Numbered from the stretch's first letter, positions 36,331-47,449 are shown. The stretch is DNA of 58,765 bases from Faecousia sp. (GCA_045660725.1 JAZREG010000097.1:1-58765); one strand, 5' to 3'. The notes: generated by a model not told the origin, from the letters alone. A program made the numbers and translations.

Positions 36331-39300
36331 TTACTTGAACTTGAAGAATACGGTGATGGTGCACAGATCCTTGCTGTAAGAGTAGGAATAGCTGCTCGTC
36401 AGGATCTGCTTGTTTTTCTTCGCCGCCTGCTTCAATACCTCATAGCAGTCCGATCCGTCGGCGCACAGCTTATCCATAGCCTCCCGGTACACCTTTTGAG
36501 AGGCGCACTTGAAGGTGAAGGCCTTTCTGCCGCCCTCCGCTGCCGCAACAGCCATCTGCTTGATCGCACCCAGGTCATAAGCTTCCAGCACCAGGTCATT
36601 GTGCCAGTAGTAGTTGGCCCGGGTAGCGACACAGCCCGGCATATCCACAGGATTCAGCTTCAGATCCCGGGTCCGCAGCAGTTCTTCCGTGGTGATACAG
36701 AAATAGCCGTAGCCAAAGTCTGTCTTTTTCACCGTTTGGATGGTGTTGGAGCGGTCATCCCAGGTGGTATCCAGATAATAGTAGTCCCCGTCGATCTTCA
36801 GGATGTTCCAGGCGTGGGCGCCGTCGGCTTCGCCGCTTTCCTTGCGGATGTAGCCCACCGCCTCGGCGCATTCCACGCCGCACTTTTGCAGCAGGTACTG
36901 CATAGCCCGGGCATAACCCTCGCACACCGCCTTGCCGTTCAGGAAAACACCGCAGATGGTCCGCAGGTCATCGATCTGATCCACCTTGGGGCCGCCCGCT
37001 GCCTTCTGTCTGTTCAGGGCGATGGTATCGTAATCCACCGACTGGATCACCCGGGTGTGCAGCCGCAGGGCCACATCGTAAGCGCTCATGGAATCCTCGA
37101 TGCCCTCCAGGTATCGGGGCAGCACTTCCTCGATGCGGCGCTTCAGCACCGCCACCTCTTCCGCGGAGGCGCCGTAATACAGGGTCACTTCGCTGCCCAG
37201 CAGGCCCACGGTGGTGAAGTAGAACAGCTCCGGATGGTCGTAATGGATGGCATCGGCCGCCTTGAAGATCTCCTCCTGGCCGCAGCCGGGTACCGTCACC
37301 TTGTCGCAGTGGTTTTCAATAGCCTCCAGCATCGTATCATAGGCCCGCTGCACGGTAGCCGTCAGCCGGTCATAATGGAAGTAAGGCAATTTCCCCTGCA
37401 AGACCCGATCCGGCTTCTGGGGGACATAGGGCTTGCCCAGCAGGCCGGGATCCAGCTTTTGGGGCGGGGCGGGAGGTGTGATCTGCTCCTCTTCCTGCTG
37501 CTGCCCGCCGGTGCCCTCCAGCAGATAGCGGAAAGGATTGTTCCGGTACTGGGGTGCTTCCAGCAGTGCCCGCACCAGCTTCCGGTAACCTTCACCGGCA
37601 ATGCTGCCGGCGGTGAGGTAGTAGTTGGTTCGGGAATTGGCCAGGGCATCCTGGTTCAGGAATCGCAGATACTGCAGGCCCACCAGGGCGATATGGCCCT
37701 CAGCCAGCTCTTCGGACACATCCGTCAGGTTGCGCAGCTGCCAGGCATAGGTCAGTTCCCGCACCAGCAGCTCGGACAGATTCACCGAAGGCAGGCTGGC
37801 TTCCACATGGAACTGCTTCTTGTCGTCCAGGAAGCTCTTCAGGGGGATATCCAGACCCCGCTTGGCAAAGCCCTTCTTCTGCTTGAGCATATTGGCGATC
37901 TTCACCGTGGAGGCAAAGCAGAACTCGTAGTCCTCCTCCAGGGTGATGCCGTAGGTGCTTTCCAGGAAGATCTTTGCCCGATCCAGGTGCGCCTTCAGGA
38001 TCCGCCGGCTATTGCCCACCAGGTTGCCGGCACAGGCGCGGCACATCCGGCGGCCGTCGTCCAGCTGCACCACTTCGCCGCCCTTAGCATGGCGTCTGCC
38101 GCAGAAATCGCAGGTCTCATACTCGATGAGAGTGCCGATATCCACGAATTTCAGGTCATGGCGGTCATCGCCCACCAGGGAAGCCAGTTTCCGCAGGGAT
38201 GCAAAATCAAAACAGGCTGGCTCATGATCCAGACCATAGTACAGGTAATCGCTCTTTCTGCCGGTCTCCGCATACCAATTGAGGTAGGAAAGCACCGGCC
38301 CAAAGAGGGTGCTGAGCACATCGTCGCCGGCGGACATCAGCACGGAAACCACGCCCAGCTCCAGGGTACTGTCCTCCAGGATCAGCAGCTCCAGCTCGGC
38401 CTGCCGCTCCCCTTCCCGTCCGGTGACGGTCACAGAGGGCTGATAAGGCAGCACACGGGCGGATTCTTCGTCTGCGAAGCCACTGCGCAGCACCGGACAG
38501 ACCACCAACGCATCCGCCACAGAGGGGAACATAGCATGCAGGGTCTCGTTGAGCATGGCTGCCGCCAGGGCCGCCACCCGGTCGCTGTTTTCGCCAAACT
38601 GGCCAAACAGCCCCAGGGACATCATCAGCGCCCCTCTGCTCCGGGCATCCAGCTCCCCCTCCTGCATCACCGCTTCATCCGACCATACCGGGTGCTTCAC
38701 CGCGCCGTACCGGCGGTAGGTCTGCTTTTCCAGCTGATCGTTGCCGGGATCGCTGATGCTGTGGTAAACGGGTCGCTCATAATCCACCGCCATCAGGTGG
38801 GGATCCAAAGAATAGTAACCCTTGGTCACCACTTCGGTGGGCGCATGGAAGGCGGAAACCACCACTTCCCGCACCGCCACCTGATCCTGCTTCCGATCCA
38901 GCACCACGTGCTTGACAGGCATCACCGGCTCCAGCTGATCCGGGCCGCATTCCACATGGTAGTGGCGATTTTGCAGGTACTCGTAAGCTTCGTCATTCTT
39001 GCCGCCCACAGCCAGCCGGGTATAGATCCGGCCCTTCCTCACATCCACACGCTGGATGTAATAGATATTGCCGCCCAGCAGCAGGTTCTGACCGGCGATA
39101 AAGTTCTGACTGAGTCGGTCTGCCGGGATCGTCAGCGGCACCACCCGGTCACCGCAGACCATCTGCACCATGTTTTGGCCGCTGATGATATCAAACAACC
39201 GGCCCTGGCGGCGCAGCAGGATCCGATCCTGGCGAATGTACGCGCCGTTTTCGTCAAAATCCTTGCAGGAGGTGTACTCAAAGTGGCGGAACAGCTCCAC

Positions 39301-41538
39301 CCGCTCCTCCTGAGGAACGCCGTAGGTTTCCAGGATGCCCCGCAGAAGACCGTTGATATCCTTCTTCCGGGCCATTTCCGCAAACTGCGGCACACCGGCG
39401 CACAGGTTCAGCACTTCCTCTGTGGAAATGCCGCCGGCATTGGCCTTGACCAGGATCTTCTGGGCCACATCCTTGCGGCTGCCGGCACCCACCGGGATCC
39501 GGGTCATCTGCGCCTGGTTCCACAGCTGGGAGATATGATCCAAATAGTAGTCCCGGAACAGGTACGGCCGGGAGAACATCAGCAGCAGCGCAGGCTTATC
39601 GGAGGTCATGGAGGCGTACTTCCGAATGGCCGCAGGCAGATCGTTCTGCGCATCCATGGCGATGATCACGGAGTAGTCATCGGGATTGTAGGCGCAGCGG
39701 TTGAGCTGGATCTTCCGCTCGTCCGCCACAATGGCGATCTGTCCCATATTGGCGGCGATGGTCTCGGCAATATTGGCGTAGGGGATGCCGTCGTCAGCAA
39801 AAACCGTCACATTCCCCGCGCCCTTTGCAAGGCACAGCATGGCCATGTTCATAACCACGCCCACCTCTTCCTCGCCGGGAACAAAGTGAGGGCTGGAACG
39901 GCGACCGTTTTCGTCGGCGGTGCCCTCATAACGGTAGCACCGGATCATGGTAGCCGGGTCGTAGTGCATGGCATCCACCGTGTCGAACCGCACCTGAAGC
40001 ATATTCTTCAGCACCTTGTCCAGGCCCGGGGTGCGGGTATGGTCAAAGCACAGGTAGCGGATCTGCCGGGACATATAACGCACCCGGAACTGACGGTTGA
40101 CGTTGCCGTTTTTCGCCATTACAGCGCTGTTGCCCGCGATATGACCGATGCGGGTATTAAAAATAGTCATTTGGTCAGCGCTGGCGTTGACAGTATTCAG
40201 CGTATCCACCAGCACCACCGTATCCAGCAGATGCAAAAAGCCTGCATGCTGGCTTTCAAAGCCGGCGGAGCATACATAGTTCATGGTGGTGACCAGCACA
40301 CTGTGGTCGTCCACACCGGCGGTATCCAGCTCCCGGCAATCGCCGCAGACCTTAACGATCCGCCAAATGGGATCATCATAGTCCACCGCTTCAAAACCCC
40401 GGCAGAACAGGCTGGAGATCTGGCTCAGGCCCTCCTGCACATAGCGGTACGCTGTTTCGCACTGGGTGTCGTCGCTGCACACCAGCATCACATGGTCGCC
40501 CCGGGCGATGATCACGGACAGATACCGCAGGAAATACATAGAAAATTCCGAGAAGAAGCTGCCGTTGATCAGCAGGCTATGCTCCTTCCGGGCAATTTGG
40601 TCCAGGCAATTGAGGTATGCCTCTCGGGGCTTTTGGGGGTTGCGGCGATCCTGCTCCACCGCCTGGGCGATATAGCGGGTAATCTCGTGGTGCTCGGTAG
40701 ACACCACCTCCGCACCCTGCTGCTCTCCCCGCTCCACCGCAGCGGCAAAATAACCACGGAAGCACTGCTGACCTTCCCGGTCAATGGCATCCAGATCCGG
40801 TCTGCTTTCCTGGTGACCGGCAGTTTCCTCCTCCAGGAGGGCAGGGCATTCCTCCTCCAGGTTCTTGTTGCCCTCCAGGTACCAGCAGGCTTCCCACAGC
40901 ACCAGCAGCGTCAGCATGGGGTACAGATAGCCCGCGCCAAAGATCTGAGAGATCACCGCATAGGGGATCCAGGCCGCGCTGAACAGCACCGGCAGCAGAT
41001 ACAGGCCAAACACCACCGCGTAAGCTGCGGACAGCAGCCCCGTGAACCACTTCAGGATCCGGGCCACAAAGAACCAGGTCTCCGTGTGGAAATAGCGCAA
41101 AACCCGCCGCTCCAGCTTCTGCCGCAGGGTAAAGCTGCCGTCCTTCTTCCCGGGTTCGGTGAGATTTTTCTTCTTCAGGCCGATATGGCCCAGGCTTTGG
41201 ATCCCCAGGAACAGGAAGCCGATGGCCCCGTTGACGATCACTGCCACCAGCACCTTGGCGCTGTAAACGATCCGTCCCACGACGCCAAATTGGGAAGCCA
41301 GCCACTGCACCACCGTCAGGGATTCCAGCCAAATGAGCAGCTCCTGCAAAAAGCACAGGGCCACCGTCGCGGCAATGACATACACCAGGCACAGCAAAAT
41401 CACCCGCAGCCGCTTGTGGGTGATCCCCGCCTTCTTATCCCGGCGATAGATTAGGTAACCCATCACCAGAGGCGCCGCCATTAGAGCCAACAGCCCCAGC
41501 AAAATGAGGCAATTGAGCAGAATATCCAAAATATCCAA
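36331..41538 (-). CDS. 1735-aa multidomain membrane protein: about 5 TM, helicase-like core (tentative), Zn finger + degenerate DA1-like peptidase, and transglutaminase-like domain
   Basis: N-terminal TM helices; CDFCG...MCRAC; LLVRELTYAWQ...AEG; triad VCEGYA / HAWN / YLDTTWD. Confidence 0.7.
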   Translation of the reverse strand: MDILDILLNCLILLGLLALMAAPLVMGYLIYRRDKKAGITHKRLRVILLCLVYVIAATVALCFLQELLIWLESLTVVQWLASQFGVVGRIVYSAKVLVAVIVNGAIGFLFLGIQSLGHIGLKKKNLTEPGKKDGSFTLRQKLERRVLRYFHTETWFFVARILKWFTGLLSAAYAVVFGLYLLPVLFSAAWIPYAVISQIFGAGYLYPMLTLLVLWEACWYLEGNKNLEEECPALLEEETAGHQESRPDLDAIDREGQQCFRGYFAAAVERGEQQGAEVVSTEHHEITRYIAQAVEQDRRNPQKPREAYLNCLDQIARKEHSLLINGSFFSEFSMYFLRYLSVIIARGDHVMLVCSDDTQCETAYRYVQEGLSQISSLFCRGFEAVDYDDPIWRIVKVCGDCRELDTAGVDDHSVLVTTMNYVCSAGFESQHAGFLHLLDTVVLVDTLNTVNASADQMTIFNTRIGHIAGNSAVMAKNGNVNRQFRVRYMSRQIRYLCFDHTRTPGLDKVLKNMLQVRFDTVDAMHYDPATMIRCYRYEGTADENGRRSSPHFVPGEEEVGVVMNMAMLCLAKGAGNVTVFADDGIPYANIAETIAANMGQIAIVADERKIQLNRCAYNPDDYSVIIAMDAQNDLPAAIRKYASMTSDKPALLLMFSRPYLFRDYYLDHISQLWNQAQMTRIPVGAGSRKDVAQKILVKANAGGISTEEVLNLCAGVPQFAEMARKKDINGLLRGILETYGVPQEERVELFRHFEYTSCKDFDENGAYIRQDRILLRRQGRLFDIISGQNMVQMVCGDRVVPLTIPADRLSQNFIAGQNLLLGGNIYYIQRVDVRKGRIYTRLAVGGKNDEAYEYLQNRHYHVECGPDQLEPVMPVKHVVLDRKQDQVAVREVVVSAFHAPTEVVTKGYYSLDPHLMAVDYERPVYHSISDPGNDQLEKQTYRRYGAVKHPVWSDEAVMQEGELDARSRGALMMSLGLFGQFGENSDRVAALAAAMLNETLHAMFPSVADALVVCPVLRSGFADEESARVLPYQPSVTVTGREGERQAELELLILEDSTLELGVVSVLMSAGDDVLSTLFGPVLSYLNWYAETGRKSDYLYYGLDHEPACFDFASLRKLASLVGDDRHDLKFVDIGTLIEYETCDFCGRRHAKGGEVVQLDDGRRMCRACAGNLVGNSRRILKAHLDRAKIFLESTYGITLEEDYEFCFASTVKIANMLKQKKGFAKRGLDIPLKSFLDDKKQFHVEASLPSVNLSELLVRELTYAWQLRNLTDVSEELAEGHIALVGLQYLRFLNQDALANSRTNYYLTAGSIAGEGYRKLVRALLEAPQYRNNPFRYLLEGTGGQQQEEEQITPPAPPQKLDPGLLGKPYVPQKPDRVLQGKLPYFHYDRLTATVQRAYDTMLEAIENHCDKVTVPGCGQEEIFKAADAIHYDHPELFYFTTVGLLGSEVTLYYGASAEEVAVLKRRIEEVLPRYLEGIEDSMSAYDVALRLHTRVIQSVDYDTIALNRQKAAGGPKVDQIDDLRTICGVFLNGKAVCEGYARAMQYLLQKCGVECAEAVGYIRKESGEADGAHAWNILKIDGDYYYLDTTWDDRSNTIQTVKKTDFGYGYFCITTEELLRTRDLKLNPVDMPGCVATRANYYWHNDLVLEAYDLGAIKQMAVAAAEGGRKAFTFKCASQKVYREAMDKLCADGSDCYEVLKQAAKKNKQILTSSYSYSYSKDLCTITVFFKFK

Positions 41539-41553
41539 ATTTGCGTCGCCTCC

Positions 41554-43800
41554 TTACACCAGGATCTGCTCCACCAGCGCAGGATCGGCGATGGAGTAAA
41601 AGTCTTGATTGGTTTGTCCGGAGCAGAAGGAGACATTGAAATCCACTTCCTCCGGCAGATTCAGGGAAACAGGCTGCCCGGGGGCATCCCATTCCATATC
41701 CTCCAGGATGTTGCCGATGCTCACCAGCCGCTCCTGCATCTTTTGGGCGTGGTGGGCCACCTTGGCTCTGGCCAGGCGGCAGCAATCCTGATAAAATTCC
41801 ACATCCAGCTTGTATTCATACACCCAGCGCAGGGTCGGCACAAAGACGGACAGCAGCCGGTCGTACTTTTCCACCGCTTCCCGATTGCCCGAGAGGATCT
41901 GATCGGAGGCGTCCTTAAACTCCCGCCACTTCACCAGGAATTGCCGGCGCTGCAGCAGGCTGGCCACAGTAAATACGCCGTAAAGCAGCACCGCAGGAAT
42001 GGCGATGGAGGCCAGGGCGATGGCCAAAGCCGTATAGCTGGCGGTGATGGCAGACCACTGGATCACCAAAAACGGCACATACAGCACCGCAATGGCCACC
42101 AGCAGCCCCAGGGCTACCGCGCGAATCTTCTTCAGGCTGGCAGCGATTTGATAGATCCGGGTGAGGAACCAATCGCACTGCTGCTGCATTCCGGTCAGCG
42201 CCACAGACCGGCCGGCGCAGAATTTCAGGTATTCCGCCTGGGCGGTATGGTAGGCTGCCTCCGCCCGATCCCGGACGGTATTCAGCTTCTGCTTCTCCCG
42301 GGGTCTGCCACCCTTGGCATAGGGGTAGCTCCGGGCGGTATCCTCCAGCTCTGCCTGGGCAAGGCTCACGGTGCGCTTTTTCAGCACCGGAGGATTGTTT
42401 TCTTCCGATCTGCCTGCGTAGTTGGACAGAGTGTTGGTGATATGGACCTTCAGCTTCTTCAGGTAGTCCATATGATGGGCGCACAGGGCCTTGGCCCGGT
42501 GGATATATTCTTCTTCCGTTTCCCCGGCCTTCGGCTCGGGCATCCGGTCATCTCCGCTGTAATCGAAAGGCGTAAATTCCTCGGGAGTCAGCAGGCTGGC
42601 CACATCCTTTTCCCGGGTATGCAGCTGCTTTCGGTTTTCCCCGTTCTCCTTGGGGGCATCCTCGTCGGCGGGCTGCGCCTTCTTCTGTTCTTCGTCCAGA
42701 ATCAGATGCTCCACGGCCTTTTCGCCGAAGGCATCCATGCCGAAACGGTCATGGTCAAAATCATACAGTTCCGGCGCCAGGTTCAGGGAGGTATAGCCTT
42801 CCGCCAAATTCGCCGTTGCGGTATGCTTTTTGCGGTAAATCTCCGCCTTGGCTTCCAGGGCAGCGACCACCATATCCCATTTGCCTTCCATTTCCGGCAT
42901 GGGACGGGCCACCGGCACCGTACGGCCGGCACCGTCGGTGCCGTCGATCAGCAAAGACCGGTTCTGGACACATTGCAAAATGTAAAATGCCAACTGCAGA
43001 TCCCGTTTGGCTCGGGCCTGCTTGTTGGTGCTGCCCTTTGCCCGGTCGGTCACAAAGGACACGGGGTGCAGCACCTGTTCCTCCCGGCGGTACTGTTCCT
43101 GGATCCGATCCAGAAATCTTTCCAGGGGGATCTGTACTGTCTCCTGGTTGCGGCATTCCCGAAGAAACAGCGCCCACTGCTCCGGGTACTGCTCCAGGAT
43201 CCCGGAAAGCCGGGTCTGCCCTGCCAGGGACTTGAGCTGCTCCAAAAGCAGCTCCGCTTCCGCCTCTTCCGGGATCTGACCCAAGGCCTTCACAGCCTGC
43301 TCCAGGGCCTCCTGTTCCGGCATGCCCATGATCTTGCACAGCCAGGAGCGCTGCAGCTGCCGGCCATCCTCGGTGCGGTCATGCTCGCCGTCGGCGGGTT
43401 TGCTGCTTTCCTCGAAGATCACCAGGGTCTGCTCCGGTTCCCGGCCGCAGCGTCCCAGCGCTTCCAGCAGCGTTGCATTCAAATAATGGGTGTAGAGGGT
43501 ATGCATCGCCTTCAGGCAGGCATACCGCGCCCGGTGGCTCTCCATGGGCAGGGAAGCAAACTGCTTGCACTGCAGAAGATCCACATAGACGATGAGGTTG
43601 AATCGGTTGCTCAGTTCCCCGTAGCTGTCGATCATCTCCCCCATGTGGCGGACACATTCTTCCACGCCTGTGTCCGGGTCAAGCCAGGACTGCAGAGGGC
43701 AATCCAGCCAAACCAGCTGCCTGGTCTCCTGCTGGACCTCCAAAAGTTCCTTATAATTTCCCAGATCTTTTCCGGAAGTATTGATAAAAAAGGTGTGCAT
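41554..43800 (-). CDS. 748-aa hypothetical protein with helical/coiled-coil regions and two C-terminal TM helices
   Basis: GGGGGAG RBS; operonic between the tubulin-like and giant genes; TM pair near aa 560-615. Confidence 0.7.
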   Translation of the reverse strand: MHTFFINTSGKDLGNYKELLEVQQETRQLVWLDCPLQSWLDPDTGVEECVRHMGEMIDSYGELSNRFNLIVYVDLLQCKQFASLPMESHRARYACLKAMHTLYTHYLNATLLEALGRCGREPEQTLVIFEESSKPADGEHDRTEDGRQLQRSWLCKIMGMPEQEALEQAVKALGQIPEEAEAELLLEQLKSLAGQTRLSGILEQYPEQWALFLRECRNQETVQIPLERFLDRIQEQYRREEQVLHPVSFVTDRAKGSTNKQARAKRDLQLAFYILQCVQNRSLLIDGTDGAGRTVPVARPMPEMEGKWDMVVAALEAKAEIYRKKHTATANLAEGYTSLNLAPELYDFDHDRFGMDAFGEKAVEHLILDEEQKKAQPADEDAPKENGENRKQLHTREKDVASLLTPEEFTPFDYSGDDRMPEPKAGETEEEYIHRAKALCAHHMDYLKKLKVHITNTLSNYAGRSEENNPPVLKKRTVSLAQAELEDTARSYPYAKGGRPREKQKLNTVRDRAEAAYHTAQAEYLKFCAGRSVALTGMQQQCDWFLTRIYQIAASLKKIRAVALGLLVAIAVLYVPFLVIQWSAITASYTALAIALASIAIPAVLLYGVFTVASLLQRRQFLVKWREFKDASDQILSGNREAVEKYDRLLSVFVPTLRWVYEYKLDVEFYQDCCRLARAKVAHHAQKMQERLVSIGNILEDMEWDAPGQPVSLNLPEEVDFNVSFCSGQTNQDFYSIADPALVEQILV

Positions 43801-43869
43801 GGAACTCCCCCCTGCTTACTTGTTTCCCGTATCCCGGGGCGCCACCGGCGCCCCGGGGAATGCTATGGA

Positions 43870-46800
43870 TCAGTCCTCTGCGGACTTCTTTGCCCAGGCG
43901 TCTTTCCAGGGCCGGATCAGGTCGATGTCCTTGTCCTTCAGCGCGGAGGCCTCATACACACGCTCGCACAGCTCATAGCCCTTGAATTGGACTTTCTTTT
44001 CTGCGCTTGCGTCGTACTTTCCGGAGACCAGCCGGCACAGCAATGCCTCCAGGGACTGAATCATCATTGCGGTCACATCGTTATCGTGTCTGGGTGCGTG
44101 GTGATAGCGCACGATCATGGTCAGGGCGTTGGTATCGGAAGTGGAAGCCAGGCCGCCCACGGTGATCTTGGCACTGGACTTGCCCTTCTGGGTGGTAGTG
44201 TAGCCTCTGAGCAGCTGGGTGCCCTCGTAGCTATCCAGCTCCGCGCATTCCTGCAGGAACTTCGCTTCCAGGTGGGCAGCTTCCATCACGAAGGTGCCGT
44301 CAAACTTCAGCGCGTTGAGCAGCGCCACCACATCCACCTTGCCGATGGGTTCGCCATCACTGAGGATCAGTTCATCCTGCTGATACTGACCGGTGGCGGT
44401 CTTCTTGGTGCGGCTGATCTGATACTTGCCGTTGTTGGTCAAAGTGATCATGCCGTAGGCCATGGCCAGCCAGAACAGGCGGTAGAACCGGCTGTCCTCC
44501 TGGATCCGCTTCTCCGGAGTGATATAAGGCAGGAACAGGTGCCAGGTCTTATCCAAATGGGGCGTATGGACCAATTCCTCCGGCTGACCGGCAGCCACGC
44601 CTCTGACCATACCCCGCACCACCTGGCTGTAATGGGTGAAATAATCACCGCCGGACAGCTCGTTAAACTTGGGAACATAGCCGGCCTGAACGCCGTAAAC
44701 CGCCTGATAGCAATCCAGCTCGTTCTTTTCATAGGCCGCGTTCTGCTGGGATGCCACATTGACACCCAAAATCTCAGCCAGCTCGGGGCACTTTTCGGCT
44801 ACCCGGGGATGGAAGCCCCAGAAGGTCTTGCGCTTCTTGATGGGAGTGAAGATCTCCGGTTCCACATCCTCCTCATCATTCTCCGGCAGTTCGTCAGTGG
44901 TGATCAGGAAGGGTGCGCCCAGCCGCAGCAGATCCTCAACCATACGCTGCATAGCCAGCACATGGCGGGTATGGCGGGTATCGGCCTCCAGGACCTCACC
45001 GGTCTCCAGATCCACATTCAGCCGGTCGGATTCCGGCGCAATGCCGTCCTCCTGCTCCTTCGCCTGCTTCTTTTCGTAGGCAAAGTCCGCGCTCTTGCAC
45101 ACGGCGGAGTAGATGTCCATATCCACTTCGTCCCGGTTCTTGGTCAGGATCAGCTTCCGGTAGGTGCTCAGCACCTCCTGGAAGAAGGTCACTTCCACGC
45201 TCTTGCCCTTATAGGGCTTGTTGCCATTGGCGTCGGGGTTCTCCTCGGAGCAGAACTGGCCGTAGAGGGAGCGAACGATGATCGCGTTAACATTGGCATC
45301 GCTGGCACCGGTGTTAAAGCGCAGGGAGCGGTACAGAGCTTCCTTTTCCTCGCCGGAGGCGCAGACATAGATGATCTTCTGCTTGGTCTGCTCGTTCTTG
45401 CGGATGTTCTGTGCCACGCCGTCGCTCAGGGAGTTGGAGACCTTCACCAGGTCCTTGAAGAACCGCTCCACGCTGCCCACCAGCTTTTCCAGCCGCTGGG
45501 TCAGCAGCACGGCCAGGCGGAACTTCAGCGCCTCGATGGCGTACTTGCGGCACAGCTCGTACTGGCCGCCGTTGTGCTGGATGTACAGCTGCTTGAAGGT
45601 CGCCAGGAACTTGGCTTCATTCTGCAGGAAGGCCTTGCTCTTGAGGTAGGCCTCGGGCGTATCCTCCACCGCGCTGGTGCGGGTGTTGTCGAACTCCGTA
45701 CGGACCACGCCGTTGCCGTAGCCCTTCTCCGCGGTGCTGCGGGAGGAATCCAGCAGAATGGAATTCTTTTCTTCATTCAGGCGGCTGCACAGCTTGTACA
45801 GCAGGTAGCGCACCGCAATGGGATGGACGAAGTACTTTTCGCCGTTGTTGTCCACTTTGGACAGCAGGCCGAAAACGGAATGCTCGTTGCCCTGGTTCAC
45901 ATCGCCCATATCCGTGGGGCAGATCAGGTCCACCAGCTCCTGGGCCATAGCATCCACAGAGGCGTCGGTATCCTCCAGGAAGCGCTGGACATTCTTCTGA
46001 ACCTGCGCCACCTTGGCCTGGATCATTGTCCGGTCGTCGGTGGTCTGCTGGGCCCAGGTCTTGCTCAGCCGCAGGGTGCTGAGGCCGCCCACATCGGTGG
46101 TGTCCACCTTGGCTTCCATGGCCTCCTCCAGCTTTGCCAGGAACTCTTCCACCTTGTCCAGGTAATTGACCTGAACGCCGCCGTCCTCACCGGGGATACG
46201 CTCCTCGTCATGGACATCGTGGGCGATATTCACGAACAGCCGATCCATGCCCACCTGGTCGCCGACCTTGGCAGCCTTGGCGTCAAACAGACGGATGAAC
46301 TCCAGCCGGGGATCGATGCGCTTGGCCAAAACGGTGCCGTTGCGCTCCCGCTCCTCTTCCTTGCGCTGCTTGTCCCGGATCTCGTCATCGATCTTCCGCC
46401 AGCCGGTGGAAATGGACTCCTGGGCAGCCCGCAGGGAGCAGTAATGCAGCACATCGCCGGCAGGATACACCGCCTTGGCGGTGCCGCAGGAGCCAAACAG
46501 CGGCTCCTCGCTGCGCTGGAAGCGCTTAAAGAGGTTGTCCTCTTCGGAATACAGGTCATCGTGCATGGGGGCATACAGCTGCATATACACCAGCCGGGCC
46601 ACCACCTGCTCGTAGTGATCGATCTGAGAAAGGCAGGAGCCGCCCTCGGAAATATCGTCCACAAAGAATGCGTAGTCATACACAGGCTGGCCGTCGGGCT
46701 GGCCGGATTCGCTGTCGAACAGGTTGTCGATCTTCACAGGCAGCTGGGGCCGCAGGCCCTTTGCCTTGATCTTGGTGATGGCGTTAAGCTCCCGGATGGC

Positions 46801-47427
46801 GCCGTAGGCGTTGGCATACAGGCTCTGGATCTCGGTTTCATCGGTGCGGATATCCTCGATGGTCTTGATGAACACATCCGGCAGCACGAAAATGCCACGG
46901 ATGGTCACCATGCAGCGGCGCTTGGCGAAATACTTTCTCAGCCACAGAGCCGTCTGAATAAACATACCGGAGCCGGTACCGCCGGCCAGGGAGGAGACCA
47001 CCATGACACGGATCTTGGCATCGTCCCGCTTGTCAAACAGCTTGTCGATGTAAGTTTCCAACTCCCGGATGCTCCGGTCCTCCAGGATGTCCATGAAGGC
47101 CAGGCGGGACTTGGTACGCATCTGCGAAGCGCCGTCTTTCATGCTCTCCTGCTTCAGGGAGGGGGATTCGGGCATCCAGTCACGGACGCCCCGGTTGCTG
47201 TACATCCGCAGGTAGTCTTCGATCTTCCGGTCCTTGCTGGTAGCGATCACGGGGATGCCCACACCGGCCTCGGTGATCTTTTTGCGGTCGTTGTCGTTGG
47301 TATCCAGCACGGCGCAGCAGATGGTGCCGTCATTAATGGTGTAGCCCTTCTTCTTCAGGTCAGATGCCACATAGTTGACGATACGGCTGCCGGTGCCGCC
47401 CAGTCCCAGTAACAAAGTTTGTGCCAT
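43870..47427 (-). CDS. FtsZ/tubulin-like GTPase (Tubulin_2 / FtsZl1 type) with a long helical extension
   Basis: LLLGLGGTGSRIV, GASQMR, VVSSLAGGTGSG (tubulin signature), ANAYGAIREL. Confidence 0.88.
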   Translation of the reverse strand: MAQTLLLGLGGTGSRIVNYVASDLKKKGYTINDGTICCAVLDTNDNDRKKITEAGVGIPVIATSKDRKIEDYLRMYSNRGVRDWMPESPSLKQESMKDGASQMRTKSRLAFMDILEDRSIRELETYIDKLFDKRDDAKIRVMVVSSLAGGTGSGMFIQTALWLRKYFAKRRCMVTIRGIFVLPDVFIKTIEDIRTDETEIQSLYANAYGAIRELNAITKIKAKGLRPQLPVKIDNLFDSESGQPDGQPVYDYAFFVDDISEGGSCLSQIDHYEQVVARLVYMQLYAPMHDDLYSEEDNLFKRFQRSEEPLFGSCGTAKAVYPAGDVLHYCSLRAAQESISTGWRKIDDEIRDKQRKEEERERNGTVLAKRIDPRLEFIRLFDAKAAKVGDQVGMDRLFVNIAHDVHDEERIPGEDGGVQVNYLDKVEEFLAKLEEAMEAKVDTTDVGGLSTLRLSKTWAQQTTDDRTMIQAKVAQVQKNVQRFLEDTDASVDAMAQELVDLICPTDMGDVNQGNEHSVFGLLSKVDNNGEKYFVHPIAVRYLLYKLCSRLNEEKNSILLDSSRSTAEKGYGNGVVRTEFDNTRTSAVEDTPEAYLKSKAFLQNEAKFLATFKQLYIQHNGGQYELCRKYAIEALKFRLAVLLTQRLEKLVGSVERFFKDLVKVSNSLSDGVAQNIRKNEQTKQKIIYVCASGEEKEALYRSLRFNTGASDANVNAIIVRSLYGQFCSEENPDANGNKPYKGKSVEVTFFQEVLSTYRKLILTKNRDEVDMDIYSAVCKSADFAYEKKQAKEQEDGIAPESDRLNVDLETGEVLEADTRHTRHVLAMQRMVEDLLRLGAPFLITTDELPENDEEDVEPEIFTPIKKRKTFWGFHPRVAEKCPELAEILGVNVASQQNAAYEKNELDCYQAVYGVQAGYVPKFNELSGGDYFTHYSQVVRGMVRGVAAGQPEELVHTPHLDKTWHLFLPYITPEKRIQEDSRFYRLFWLAMAYGMITLTNNGKYQISRTKKTATGQYQQDELILSDGEPIGKVDVVALLNALKFDGTFVMEAAHLEAKFLQECAELDSYEGTQLLRGYTTTQKGKSSAKITVGGLASTSDTNALTMIVRYHHAPRHDNDVTAMMIQSLEALLCRLVSGKYDASAEKKVQFKGYELCERVYEASALKDKDIDLIRPWKDAWAKKSAED

Positions 47428-47449
47428 TTTCTATTCCTCCAATAATCGG

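Noticed and set aside
41605-47412. 1935-aa plus-strand ORF, and similar long ORFs at 36496-41454, 28445-32110, 22910-25453 and 26329-28800
   Set aside because: These are antisense shadows of real minus-strand genes with GC-rich third codon positions; they have no motifs and an unnatural H/Q/G/V-rich composition.
43870-47427. Cell-division ftsZ or plasmid/phage TubZ/PhuZ
   Set aside because: It is 1185 aa, has no dcw or tubR context, and sits next to a vWA gene, which fits Tubulin_2/FtsZl1.
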